Shown piece after piece: positions 1-8,586 of a stretch of DNA of 64,000 bases. Location of the stretch: the sequence record NC_041906.1; one strand, written 5' to 3'. The stretch's first letter is position 1, and each line of letters begins with the position of its first letter. Made by a program: the position numbers and the translations under genes. Under the pieces are notes generated by a model, which made no database searches, was not told the origin of the DNA, and was given only the letters and a program-made list of their open reading frames with translations. Origin of the DNA: Escherichia phage EC1-UPM.

Positions 1-133
1 ATTTTTGCATATGAAAAGTAGCATAGTTATGTATGGCTATAGTGCTACACCTAGGGCTACACCCTTACACTCAACCATCCCCCCCGGTATGTTGACGGTG
101 TAGCCACTACCCTACCCCACCTTACACATTACA

Positions 134-146
134 CATGCTCCGCATG
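134..146 (+). promoter_or_regulatory. Hairpin promoter candidate (virion-RNAP early promoter type), copy 1
   Basis: CATGC-TCC-GCATG: 5-bp stem, 3-nt loop TCC, 44 nt upstream of ORF 190; same loop and architecture as copies at 753, 1025, 4540. Confidence 0.4.
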
Positions 147-189
147 TTATGGACATGTCGTCCTATCATCAACTATTGGAGCTATCATC

Positions 190-513
190 ATGACTACTAC
201 CGCTACTGTACGTATGACCGCAGGAACTTTACTTGGTACTGTTAACTCAGCTGCTACTACTGTTGCAGATACATTCAGCACAGCAACTAAAGCAGTAGGT
301 ATGCTTAATTCATATGTTAGTACGATGGCAGAGAAACAAGCCATTCGTACTAAATTAGAAATGCATACCTTTGTTAACAAATTAGCTGAAGAAACAGCTA
401 TGACTGAGACTCTGCGTAAGAAAAGCATCGAGGAATTCTGCAAGGATTCTGAGAACGCTCGTATCTATAACGCAGAATATTCCAAAGTCATTGACATCCT
501 GACTAAAGAATAA
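190..513 (+). CDS. hypothetical early protein (107 aa)
   Basis: ORF with GGAG RBS ~10 nt upstream; followed by intrinsic terminator. Confidence 0.5.
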   Translation: MTTTATVRMTAGTLLGTVNSAATTVADTFSTATKAVGMLNSYVSTMAEKQAIRTKLEMHTFVNKLAEETAMTETLRKKSIEEFCKDSENARIYNAEYSKVIDILTKE

Positions 514-521
514 ATCCTCAA

Positions 522-548
522 GGAGACTCTTCGGAGTCTCCTGTTTTG
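522..548 (+). terminator. rho-independent terminator
   Basis: GGAGACTC-TTCG-GAGTCTCC stem-loop followed by TGTTTTG. Confidence 0.6.
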
Positions 549-600
549 AACATTAGATAGTTCAACTATTCTGCATAAAAAGTTAAAAGAGATTCCTACT

Positions 601-747
601 ATGAGCAAACTAGAAAACGCATTTATCTTAACTGTTTGTGTACTTGCAGTTGTTGTGATGGTTTCCGTTCACATTGGAAAACCTCTGGTAAACACTGACT
701 ATGGTAATGGTCAGAAAGTAAAATCCATCTTGCTAATGGATAAGTAA
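601..747 (+). CDS. small hydrophobic protein (48 aa), below ORF-track cutoff
   Basis: ATG at 601, stop TAA 745-747; hydrophobic core ILTVCVLAVVVMVSV; my own translation. Confidence 0.3.
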   Translation: MSKLENAFILTVCVLAVVVMVSVHIGKPLVNTDYGNGQKVKSILLMDK

Positions 748-752
748 AAACA

Positions 753-769
753 AAGCTGTTCCACAGCTT
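753..769 (+). promoter_or_regulatory. Hairpin promoter candidate, copy 2
   Basis: AAGCTGT-TCC-ACAGCTT: 7-bp stem, 3-nt loop, 33 nt upstream of ORF 802. Confidence 0.4.
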
Positions 770-801
770 ACGGATACATTTCAACCAATTAAGGAGCATC
801 C

Positions 802-1017
802 ATGAACGTAGAGAATATCCGTATGATTGAGAATTGCTTTAGCAATAAACCTGTAGACCTCAGCAATGCAAGAAGGTCTACAGATAAAGAGTATGGAGAG
901 TTCCTCTCCTTACGCGATGAATACCGTATGCAAGGGCATGTTGAATTACATGCCTATCTGCATAACTCAGGCTTCTTCATGGATAAACTTGAAGCTGAAA
1001 CAGGTTGTCCATTCTGA
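802..1017 (+). CDS. hypothetical early protein (71 aa)
   Basis: ORF with AAGGAG RBS. Confidence 0.5.
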   Translation: MNVENIRMIENCFSNKPVDLSNARRSTDKEYGEFLSLRDEYRMQGHVELHAYLHNSGFFMDKLEAETGCPF

Positions 1018-1024
1018 AAACCAG

Positions 1025-1039
1025 GGCTGCTCCGCAGCC
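1025..1039 (+). promoter_or_regulatory. Hairpin promoter candidate, copy 3
   Basis: GGCTGC-TCC-GCAGCC: 6-bp stem, 3-nt loop, upstream of ORF 1145. Confidence 0.4.
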
Positions 1040-1144
1040 TTTGGATGATTTATGCATCCACTAATCATTGAACTTTTATCCTTTTGTTTGGGTGTTCTCA
1101 CCGACGAGTTCACCCGTAAATCACATAAATCTGGAGAGTACAAA

Positions 1145-1525
1145 ATGGCTATTCAAAAATTCACTTTCGGTCAATCTAACGCTGCTGCTTCTACTGCTAA
1201 AACTGACAAACCAAAAGCTCAGTTCTGGCTGAACATTGGTTATGTAGCTAATGAAGGCTCTGATGATGAGAAATTCATCTCACTGCCTACTGGTATCCCA
1301 CTGGATACTCAGGAGCCGCTGCCTACTAATAGCAGCAATGCTGACTTCCGTGCTATGCGTTGTGCACAGAACGACTTGCTGGAACAGTTAATCCAATATG
1401 CTCAGAACCTGGAACCAGGTGAGGAAGGTATCATTAACCTGCAAGTTCAGCTAAGACGCGTGAAAGCAGAGGCTGCTGACATCCCAGCAGACGAGAATAA
1501 ATATGCTCGTAAACTGACTTTCTAA
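1145..1525 (+). CDS. hypothetical early protein (126 aa; internal ATG of ORF 1052..1525)
   Basis: ATG at 1145 preceded by GGAGAG RBS; followed by terminator. Confidence 0.5.
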   Translation: MAIQKFTFGQSNAAASTAKTDKPKAQFWLNIGYVANEGSDDEKFISLPTGIPLDTQEPLPTNSSNADFRAMRCAQNDLLEQLIQYAQNLEPGEEGIINLQVQLRRVKAEAADIPADENKYARKLTF

Positions 1526-1534
1526 TCAACCACT

Positions 1535-1564
1535 AGACTCCCTTCGGGGAGTCTTTTATTTTTA
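1535..1564 (+). terminator. rho-independent terminator
   Basis: AGACTCCC-TTCG-GGGAGTCT followed by TTTATTTTTT. Confidence 0.65.
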
Positions 1565-1665
1565 ATTAGACGATAAGCTATTTCTACTTTTTGAGTATCT
1601 TTAGACGAAGGGTACTGAAACAGTAACCAGATAGATATAGATTTATATTAGAAGAGGAATTAACC

Positions 1666-1854
1666 ATGTTAGACTTCATCGCTTTCTGTGTAATATTCTA
1701 CTTTCTGGGTTGGAAGTTACGTCATAAATGGTTGCTTATTGCTAAGCTGCCATTCGTTACTATCGAGTGTCTCATTGCTAGTGTTAAACACAAGAAAGCA
1801 ATGACTCAGTACTACAAGCAACAAGCAGAAGAGTTTGCAAAGAGGAACCAGTGA
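1666..1854 (+). CDS. small membrane protein (62 aa)
   Basis: ORF with N-terminal hydrophobic segment FIAFCVIFYFLGW; AGAGGA RBS. Confidence 0.45.
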   Translation: MLDFIAFCVIFYFLGWKLRHKWLLIAKLPFVTIECLIASVKHKKAMTQYYKQQAEEFAKRNQ

Positions 1855-2039
1855 TATTCACTAACATAGAAGATGCTATTGAAGAATGTATCTTTCGTAG
1901 GTATCACACTGGTGTACAGAAACGACACTATGGTGTTGTACAGCTCAATGGTTATCAAATGGTTGTAAGAATTGTACGTAACAATAAACCTTTTAACTTT
2001 ATGTGGAGTACTAAATCATGCGTAAATCACTTATTTTAG
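1851..2039 (+). CDS. hypothetical protein (62 aa); alternative model 2017..2147 (43 aa) in another frame
   Basis: ORF overlapping previous stop; ambiguous with the short ORF that ends just before terminator at 2151. Confidence 0.3.
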   Translation: MIFTNIEDAIEECIFRRYHTGVQKRHYGVVQLNGYQMVVRIVRNNKPFNFMWSTKSCVNHLF

Positions 2040-2150
2040 GTAATAAATCTGACGTACAGAAGATGAAAGAGCGTCTGGCTGCTAAGAAACAGACATCTGA
2101 ACCAGTACGTAAGATTGTTACCTTCAACCACCCATGTATCAAATAACTAG

Positions 2151-2183
2151 GAGTCCTCCATTGGGGGGACTTCTATTTTTTAT
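2151..2183 (+). terminator. rho-independent terminator
   Basis: GAGTCC..GGACTT stem, loop ATTGG, followed by TCTATTTTTT. Confidence 0.55.
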
Positions 2184-2224
2184 TCTTGAATAGTTAGATA
2201 TGTATTTAAACAGGAGAAATAACC

Positions 2225-2542
2225 TTGAATGAAATTGTTTGTATACTTCCTCATTCAGCTAAGATAGCTGACAGGAACATACGTATCCACTTACCATTCC
2301 CATTAAGTAATCCATTTGCTCGTAATGAAAGAACCACAGTAGAAGATATAGAGGTAGCTTATGAGGCTTACCTTCGTAATCGTCTTATTAGTGGTGACAA
2401 GTTAATTACAGCAGAGATGGAAAGGATTGCATCCTTTGTAACAGATAGTACAGGTAAGCCTGTTGGCTTAATTGGTACTGAATCTGATGTGAATGTTATT
2501 CGTAAAATATTAATGGAGGCACTAAGTGAACAACCTCAGTGA
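2225..2542 (+). CDS. hypothetical protein (105 aa, TTG start)
   Basis: ORF with AGGAG RBS 9 nt upstream of TTG. Confidence 0.4.
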   Translation: MNEIVCILPHSAKIADRNIRIHLPFPLSNPFARNERTTVEDIEVAYEAYLRNRLISGDKLITAEMERIASFVTDSTGKPVGLIGTESDVNVIRKILMEALSEQPQ

Positions 2543-2759
2543 TGTAATTGTAGGTAATGAGATATTCGTTGACCAAAAAGGCTATGCCCGAATTAAACTA
2601 AAGGGTAATAACAGAACTATTGTTCGTAAGGTGTACTCTAAACCTTTTAGCAATTTCTCTATTGATGAAGTACGTATTAATAACAAGATGTACTTCATAG
2701 ATAGTAAAGTATCTGTATGCCATACAGATGGTAAAACCTCTCTTGAATATACTTACTAA
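2526..2759 (+). CDS. hypothetical protein (77 aa, GTG start)
   Basis: ORF with GGAGG RBS. Confidence 0.4.
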   Translation: MNNLSDVIVGNEIFVDQKGYARIKLKGNNRTIVRKVYSKPFSNFSIDEVRINNKMYFIDSKVSVCHTDGKTSLEYTY

Positions 2760-2771
2760 GGAGTAAGCAAA

Positions 2772-2993
2772 ATGCTGTTCAGCACTAATTATGGTATTTG
2801 CCCGATTTGCAATAAAGGAAGAGGAGTTGCCAATCATAAGAAGTGTAGTCGTATCCTACAGAAACGACGGAACCAGAAGGAATGGGATAAGATATTGGAA
2901 AACCAACACAAAGATGAGTTCAAGGAGACAGCTGTTAAAGCATCTACTCAGCTCATTCGTCGTACTAACTTCATAGAAGGTTATCAGAAATGA
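2772..2993 (+). CDS. hypothetical protein with CxxC pair (73 aa)
   Basis: CPIC...KKC cysteines; RBS GGAG. Confidence 0.4.
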   Translation: MLFSTNYGICPICNKGRGVANHKKCSRILQKRRNQKEWDKILENQHKDEFKETAVKASTQLIRRTNFIEGYQK

Positions 2994-3346
2994 AACTAAT
3001 AGTAGCTGGTGGCAGAGACTTCGTAAATACCCAAGTAATGATTACAGTATTAATGGATTTAGTGGAGAAGGGTAAGATTGACCCTAATCCAGAATTAGTA
3101 TGTGGTATGGCTCGTGGAGCAGATATGCTTGCATATAGCCTATGGGCTAATAACAAAATGCCTATTCATAATTTCCCAGCAAACTGGGATAAGTATGGAA
3201 AATCCGCTGGTTATAGACGTAATCAGGAAATGGGTGAATTTGCAGATGCTGCTGTATGTTTCTGGGATGGTAAATCCAAAGGAACCAAGCACATGATTGA
3301 TATCATGAATAGGCTTAATAAACCTGTATATGTTGTGAGGTACTAA
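2990..3346 (+). CDS. SLOG-family (DUF2493/YspA-like) protein
   Basis: KLIVAGGRDF ... GMARGADMLAYSLWA ... ANWDKYGKSAGYRRNQEM resembles recalled SLOG/DUF2493 signature. Confidence 0.5.
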   Translation: MKLIVAGGRDFVNTQVMITVLMDLVEKGKIDPNPELVCGMARGADMLAYSLWANNKMPIHNFPANWDKYGKSAGYRRNQEMGEFADAAVCFWDGKSKGTKHMIDIMNRLNKPVYVVRY

Positions 3347-3601
3347 ATGATTATTACGTATCCTACAGGCAAGAATGTGGAATATATGGGACATACCATC
3401 CAAGTGCCTCACTGGGTTAAGTATATAGCGTTATATACTCGTCAATATAAGAGTGCTAATACCTCGTTAATAGGATTCTCTAAGAAGCCTAAACTAACAG
3501 AAAACAATATCTGGGTATCCTCTGGGAGACAAGAAGAGATTGGTTTTTGTGATTTGAGTATTGTCGATAATAACATTTATGGGACATTGAGAAAGGTATG
3601 A
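3347..3601 (+). CDS. hypothetical protein (84 aa)
   Basis: ORF, GAGGT RBS. Confidence 0.4.
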   Translation: MIITYPTGKNVEYMGHTIQVPHWVKYIALYTRQYKSANTSLIGFSKKPKLTENNIWVSSGRQEEIGFCDLSIVDNNIYGTLRKV

Positions 3602-3918
3602 AAACTATTCTAGTAGTTCATGATTCTACATTTACTGATGTAGATAAGATGATGCGTAATATTGATTATGTATCTCAGACAAGCCAGGCATTCAATGAAG
3701 AGTTTACTCTGTACTGTAATGCTGAATCACCATTAGTTCCTATCCTTAAGGAATCAGGTCTGCCATTCTCTACAGAGAACTTCCCGGAAGAACCAGACTA
3801 TGTAATCTCATTTATCTATGACTTACATGATGGTTCTGAAACTAGTGAATTAGCTATGAACCAGTGGCGTAGTAAACGTCCTGTGTTCGCATTCCAGGTA
3901 CTTAAACCAAAGGATTAA
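3598..3918 (+). CDS. hypothetical protein (106 aa)
   Basis: ORF overlapping upstream stop. Confidence 0.45.
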   Translation: MKTILVVHDSTFTDVDKMMRNIDYVSQTSQAFNEEFTLYCNAESPLVPILKESGLPFSTENFPEEPDYVISFIYDLHDGSETSELAMNQWRSKRPVFAFQVLKPKD

Positions 3919-3920
3919 TC

Positions 3921-4271
3921 ATGAAAGAAATCTTAGTATTCACTACCAATGTACTTGGACAACATACTAATGCTGCTGCCAAGTTAGCTTATAAGAAGCA
4001 TGGTGCTCGCTGGGGTATGGCCTATGGTCATTATGGTAATAGCTTTGCCATTCCGGTAAGGGATGGTAGTGGTGACCGAATCAAAGAGGGTGCTATTTAT
4101 GGCTTCATTGAGGGTTTTATTGCTTATGCATCTGTTAATCCACAATGGGATTTCAAAGTAATGAGAATGGACTTTATGGACCCATACCTGTTCTTCAATG
4201 TTACGGGCAACGTACTGTTACCGGAAGCATGGCGTAAATACTTAGGAAATGCTTACAACTATTGGAGTTAA
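3921..4271 (+). CDS. hypothetical protein (116 aa)
   Basis: ORF, AAGGA RBS. Confidence 0.45.
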   Translation: MKEILVFTTNVLGQHTNAAAKLAYKKHGARWGMAYGHYGNSFAIPVRDGSGDRIKEGAIYGFIEGFIAYASVNPQWDFKVMRMDFMDPYLFFNVTGNVLLPEAWRKYLGNAYNYWS

Positions 4272-4273
4272 TA

Positions 4274-4534
4274 ATGACTTATGAAGAATTATGGTCTGCT
4301 CAAGTCAGAGCCAGAGCACTCACACGACACGATATCTATTGTGCATTACAGAATGAATTAAAGAGCCGTACTAAACTAGGTTACATATCCGGCTTAATTA
4401 AAATACCTATGACTAGCCTAGTCTGGCCTTATCAGAAGAAAAGTAATGAGTTTAATGGCAATGGTCTGCATGTACGTATCGACTACATCGGTAATGAAAA
4501 TAGTATTCGTATTACCTTTTGGACTAAGCGTTAG
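4274..4534 (+). CDS. hypothetical protein (86 aa; ATG inside ORF 4262..4534)
   Basis: ATG at 4274 with GGAG RBS 7 nt upstream. Confidence 0.45.
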   Translation: MTYEELWSAQVRARALTRHDIYCALQNELKSRTKLGYISGLIKIPMTSLVWPYQKKSNEFNGNGLHVRIDYIGNENSIRITFWTKR

Positions 4535-4539
4535 GTAAT

Positions 4540-4554
4540 AGCTGCTCCGCAGCT
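4540..4554 (+). promoter_or_regulatory. Hairpin promoter candidate, copy 4 (upstream of RNAP II genes)
   Basis: AGCTGC-TCC-GCAGCT followed by TTTGG, as in copy 3; 34 nt upstream of ORF 4588. Confidence 0.4.
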
Positions 4555-4587
4555 TTTGGTTATTAATCACATTTAGGAGAATAAGCG

Positions 4588-5406
4588 ATGTACTCATCTA
4601 TTGAACATCAGAAGCAACTCGAAAAACTATTCAATAAAAATCAGCTCTTGTCTCGCATGAGGAAGGAATTCGAGGACTCCGAAGAAATTGACTTTAAGGC
4701 ATTCGCTGCCTATTTGGAAATTGATTATAAGCTGCTCATTGATGCAATGGTGCAGATTGCCCTACATAAACGTGCTGACATTCAGACTATGATTGGCTCC
4801 CTCATGAGCCACTCAGATGATGCTCAGTACATCGCTGACTGTCTGTATAAGATGGCAGAGAATGACTGCTTCAACTATGACCCTACCATCGACAAGTTCG
4901 GTGTTATCTATGAGATTAGTGAAGATGTTCAAATGGAACTGGAAGCATTCCAATACCCATTGCCTATCGTAAGTGCTCCTAAGCCTGTTAAGTGTAACCG
5001 TGATACTGGCTACTACGAGAGCAGAGGAAGCATCATCCTCAAGAAGAACCATCATGAGATGGATGTCTGTCTTGACCACATCAACCGTATGAACAATCAA
5101 CGTCTCAGCATTAACTGGGACGTTGCTAACTATGTAAAAGACTCACGTCCTAACATGGATAAACCCAAAGAAGGTGAGACCCGTCAGGACTATGAGAAAC
5201 GTGTTAAAGCCTTTGAGAAGTACAGTCGTACTGCTAAGGAAGTAATGGAGTTAGTAACTAAAGAAGGTAATAACTTCTCACTGGCTCACAAATACGACAA
5301 ACGTGGGCGTACATATGCCTGTGGCTACCACATTCAATATCAGGGAACCAGCTACAACAAAGCTGTTGTAGAATTTGCTGATAAAGAATTAGTAAACGAA
5401 GATTAA
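4588..5406 (+). CDS. phage RNA polymerase II small subunit (N4 gp15-like)
   Basis: 272 aa ORF immediately upstream of the catalytic T7-like RNAP subunit; position matches N4 gp15/gp16 pair. Confidence 0.65.
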   Translation: MYSSIEHQKQLEKLFNKNQLLSRMRKEFEDSEEIDFKAFAAYLEIDYKLLIDAMVQIALHKRADIQTMIGSLMSHSDDAQYIADCLYKMAENDCFNYDPTIDKFGVIYEISEDVQMELEAFQYPLPIVSAPKPVKCNRDTGYYESRGSIILKKNHHEMDVCLDHINRMNNQRLSINWDVANYVKDSRPNMDKPKEGETRQDYEKRVKAFEKYSRTAKEVMELVTKEGNNFSLAHKYDKRGRTYACGYHIQYQGTSYNKAVVEFADKELVNED

Positions 5407-5462
5407 TCATACAATAAGCAGGCTCTCCATAGTGGGGAGCCAAGAAGCAAAAGGAACATAAA

Positions 5463-6680
5463 ATGCAACTTTTAACAGCAGCTCAGTACCTGAAAGTAGA
5501 TATCGCGAACTCATATGGCTTAGATAAAAAGACATGGGATGAACGTATTGCTTGGTTCGATGAGAACGAAGCTAACCTGCTTAATCTGGTAGATGAAGCT
5601 GAAGATTCTGCTCTGTTCTTTGCAGGTGTAAACGCATGGAAAGATATGAAAGCAGGTAAGCCTATTGGTTATGCTGTAGCATTGGATGCTACATCATCAG
5701 GCTTGCAGTTACTGGCCTGTCTGACTGGTGACCGTTCTGCTGCTGAACTGTGTAACGTAGTTAACTACATGGGTGAGAATGGTAAGCCATTACGTCGTGA
5801 TGCTTATACAGTTATCTATCACAAGATGCTGGACATCCTTGGTGAAGCATCACGTATTAAACGTAGTGACACTAAGCAGGCAGTTATGACTGCATTCTAC
5901 GGCTCAGAAGCCAAGCCTAAAGAAGTATTCGGTGAAGGTATTCGTCTCAAGACTTTTGAGAATGTAATGGAAACTGTTGCTAGTGGTCCTTGGGCACTTA
6001 ACAAGTTCTTACTGCAATGTGGTAATCCTGATGCCAACCGTTACATATGGGTACTTCCTGATAACTTCCACGCTGTCATTAAGGTCATGGTTCCTGAAGT
6101 ACAGACCATTAACTTCTTAGGTAAACCATTCGACATCACTCGTATGGTTCAAGGTACTGAAGAGAAGACCCGTATGCTCTCTGCTAACATCACCCACTCT
6201 ATTGATGGAATGGTGGTACGTGAGATGCTGCGTCGTTGTAACTTCAACAGTGACTTAGTGGAAGCTGTGCGAGAACTCTGCGATGAAGGTCCATCAGAAT
6301 ATGGGGAGATTGCAGGTAATCTGGAGAAGGTACAAGAGCTATGGAGCCATTATGAGAAATCTGGCTTCTTATCCGTATCAATCCTGGATTATCTTGACCC
6401 ATGTACTATTGCTTATGTAGACCGTCAGGTAATAGCAGATATGATTGACTCTATGCCTAAGAAGCCATTCCCTGTAATAACTGTACATGACTGCTTCCGT
6501 TGCCATCCTAACTACGGTAATGACCTGCGTCGTCAGTACAATCAGATTTTGTCTGACATTGCTAAGAGTGACCTGCTGGGATTCATCCTGTCTCAGGTGC
6601 TGGGACAAGAGTTCTCTGCTGGTAAACTGGATGACAGCCTCTGGCAGGACATTCTTGAAACAGACTATGCGTTGAGTTAA
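5463..6680 (+). CDS. phage RNA polymerase II catalytic subunit (T7-like single-subunit RNAP, N4 gp16-like)
   Basis: Motif A DATSSGLQ, motif B RSDTKQAVMTAFYGSE, motif C VHDCF, all T7-RNAP-like. Confidence 0.8.
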   Translation: MQLLTAAQYLKVDIANSYGLDKKTWDERIAWFDENEANLLNLVDEAEDSALFFAGVNAWKDMKAGKPIGYAVALDATSSGLQLLACLTGDRSAAELCNVVNYMGENGKPLRRDAYTVIYHKMLDILGEASRIKRSDTKQAVMTAFYGSEAKPKEVFGEGIRLKTFENVMETVASGPWALNKFLLQCGNPDANRYIWVLPDNFHAVIKVMVPEVQTINFLGKPFDITRMVQGTEEKTRMLSANITHSIDGMVVREMLRRCNFNSDLVEAVRELCDEGPSEYGEIAGNLEKVQELWSHYEKSGFLSVSILDYLDPCTIAYVDRQVIADMIDSMPKKPFPVITVHDCFRCHPNYGNDLRRQYNQILSDIAKSDLLGFILSQVLGQEFSAGKLDDSLWQDILETDYALS

Positions 6681-6686
6681 TAAACT

Positions 6687-6721
6687 AGCCTCATTCCTTC
6701 GGGAGTGAGGCTTTATTTTTT
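6687..6721 (+). terminator. rho-independent terminator
   Basis: AGCCTCATTCC-TTCG-GGAGTGAGGCT followed by TTTATTTTTT. Confidence 0.6.
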
Positions 6722-6738
6722 GCTTGGAGGTAACAACT

Positions 6739-6921
6739 ATGCTAATCCCTTTTGAAGTAATCTCTCAGCTAATACTGATAGTTTTATCTGTACTGGTTCT
6801 GTCTACAATCGTTCATGCCCATAAATCTAAGTTTGCTTGCTACTGTTATGGAGCATACTCACTAGGCTGCTTTGTAATAGCAGGATGGATAGCTTTTGCT
6901 ATCTACTGTGTAAACATCTAA
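6739..6921 (+). CDS. small membrane protein (60 aa)
   Basis: ATG with GGAGG RBS; two hydrophobic segments. Confidence 0.4.
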   Translation: MLIPFEVISQLILIVLSVLVLSTIVHAHKSKFACYCYGAYSLGCFVIAGWIAFAIYCVNI

Positions 6922-6948
6922 CCATCCTTTAGGAGGGTTTATTTTTTT
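6920..6948 (+). terminator. rho-independent terminator (imperfect stem)
   Basis: AACCATCC-TTTA-GGAGGGTT followed by TATTTTTTT. Confidence 0.45.
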
Positions 6949-6995
6949 GTCTGTCATGTATACTAATCCTGCTATTTACTTATGAGGAAATTGAT

Positions 6996-7829
6996 ATGCC
7001 AACTTTGAAAGTAGGTTTTAACAAAACCACTAATGTTGCAACTGTACTGGATGCAGGTGGTTCTATCCCAGGTGGTTCCGTAGAAGTAGGTACTTTTGTA
7101 CACCCAGATGCCACTTATCCGGATAGTTTGGTTATCTTCCATGGTGTTCGTGACCTGCTGTATAAACGTTCTGCTAAAGACCCATCTAAAGCAGGCTTCT
7201 GGCCTAACAACATCGTGGATATGCAGTCCATCTCTATTGATATGAAAGCTACTCCACGACTAACTATTGCTACCAAACTGCCTCGTGTAGCCTCTGCTAT
7301 CGAAGGTGAAGACATCAACTGGCACGTTGATGTAGCAGGTGGCAAAGCACCATTTACTTATAAATGGCAATTCAAAGCTAAAACCGCTGGTGCAGTATTC
7401 ACTGATATTGATTCAGGTGATAACGCATCTGCTATTACTGCAACATTGACCCTTAATGACGTAACGGCTGCTTCTGCTGGTACTTATAAAGTAATTGTTA
7501 CTGATGCTAATGGAACCACGGTAGAAGATGAGTCGTTGTTGGCTGTAGGCTACTATGAAGCAAGCTCACTGGTAGCTACCCCTGCTTCACTGGCTCTGTC
7601 TGTTGCTGCCGATACTACTGATGGTAAGAATGTAACAATTGCTGCTATGCCTGTTGGTTCTTCTTCTGGTGCTTTGTCTATCAAGACTGCTCCAGAATCT
7701 GGACGTGCTACGACTACCATTGCCGGTAACGTACTGACGGTTAAACCAGTAGCTGCTGGTGATGCTACTTCTGTAGTAGTTACCAACGGTAAGGTCGATG
7801 TAACCATCCCTGTTACTGTTGCAGAATAA
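6996..7829 (+). CDS. Ig-like domain protein, probable capsid decoration protein (N4 gp17-like)
   Basis: T/S/A/V-rich beta-strand repeats (YKVIVTDANGTTV, VTVKPVAAGDATSVVV) typical of Ig-like domains; sits just after RNAP II genes as gp17 does in N4. Confidence 0.55.
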   Translation: MPTLKVGFNKTTNVATVLDAGGSIPGGSVEVGTFVHPDATYPDSLVIFHGVRDLLYKRSAKDPSKAGFWPNNIVDMQSISIDMKATPRLTIATKLPRVASAIEGEDINWHVDVAGGKAPFTYKWQFKAKTAGAVFTDIDSGDNASAITATLTLNDVTAASAGTYKVIVTDANGTTVEDESLLAVGYYEASSLVATPASLALSVAADTTDGKNVTIAAMPVGSSSGALSIKTAPESGRATTTIAGNVLTVKPVAAGDATSVVVTNGKVDVTIPVTVAE

Positions 7830-7879
7830 GGGTATCCTTTGTTTGGGGTTATAAACCCTGAAATAAAACTCCCAAGTTT

Positions 7880-7909
7880 GACCTCCCTATTGAAGGGAGG
7901 TCTTTTTTT
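7880..7909 (+). terminator. rho-independent terminator
   Basis: GACCTCCC..GGGAGGTC stem followed by TTTTTTT then GGTTT. Confidence 0.65.
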
Positions 7910-7934
7910 GGTTTAAAACTTATGGAGCCAGGAA

Positions 7935-8123
7935 ATGTATAAAGAAATTGCATTCTTCTCATTCTTACTTGGTGGTTTATTAGGTGCAGGAATTGTAGCT
8001 ATTTCTAATACCTACTTTGGTTCTACTCCAAACTCTGTAACACAAACCCTCAAGCATGAATGTGAACTTAATATCCCTCGTAATCAAAACTGTGTAATGC
8101 AGTTCGTACCGGAGAAGAAATGA
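7935..8123 (+). CDS. small membrane protein (62 aa)
   Basis: N-terminal TM segment FFSFLLGGLLGAGIVAI; GGAG RBS. Confidence 0.4.
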   Translation: MYKEIAFFSFLLGGLLGAGIVAISNTYFGSTPNSVTQTLKHECELNIPRNQNCVMQFVPEKK

Positions 8124-8380
8124 ATATTCATAATCTACGTTTGGTTGAAAAATTGTATGAAGAGTACAACGACAGCCGACAGCAATTAGCTAGTTTAAAG
8201 AAGTCACCCCATATGGTGAGGGTATCTTTCAATGGTACGGATTTAGGACCGCAAGCCCGTACAAAAATACTTCCCGAACTACTGTCATTTTATCAAAAGA
8301 GGATTGCTATCTTAGAGAAACGCTTTGAGCATTTAGGTGTAAATTTATCGCCACTTCCCGATGAAGGAGAAGATGAATGA
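8120..8380 (+). CDS. hypothetical protein (86 aa)
   Basis: ORF, ATGA overlap with upstream gene. Confidence 0.4.
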   Translation: MNIHNLRLVEKLYEEYNDSRQQLASLKKSPHMVRVSFNGTDLGPQARTKILPELLSFYQKRIAILEKRFEHLGVNLSPLPDEGEDE

Positions 8381-8586
8381 AAGTAACAAATCGTTATGAA
8401 AACAATGAAGTAACTTTCGGTGATGTGGAACCCGCTAATGGTTTTATTTATAACCAGACAGTGTGTTTAAAGATTCACTTACCTGAAGGTAAACCTGCTG
8501 CTGTTGCTGTAGAAACTGGTAAATCATTCTATCTATCAGCAAATACATTTGTAACGCCAATAAACCTGGAAGGATATTACCTTTGA
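8377..8586 (+). CDS. hypothetical protein (69 aa)
   Basis: ORF, overlap-coupled. Confidence 0.4.
   Translation: MKVTNRYENNEVTFGDVEPANGFIYNQTVCLKIHLPEGKPAAVAVETGKSFYLSANTFVTPINLEGYYL

Noticed and set aside
866-1048. 60-aa ORF overlapping gene 802..1017 and hairpin 1025-1039
   Set aside because: Overlaps a better-supported gene in another frame and the promoter-like hairpin; no RBS.
3921-4271. Second SLOG/macro-like domain in ORF 3921..4271
   Set aside because: Only vague Gly-rich resemblance (TNVLGQHTNAAAK, GNSFAIPV); insufficient to assign a family without a profile search.
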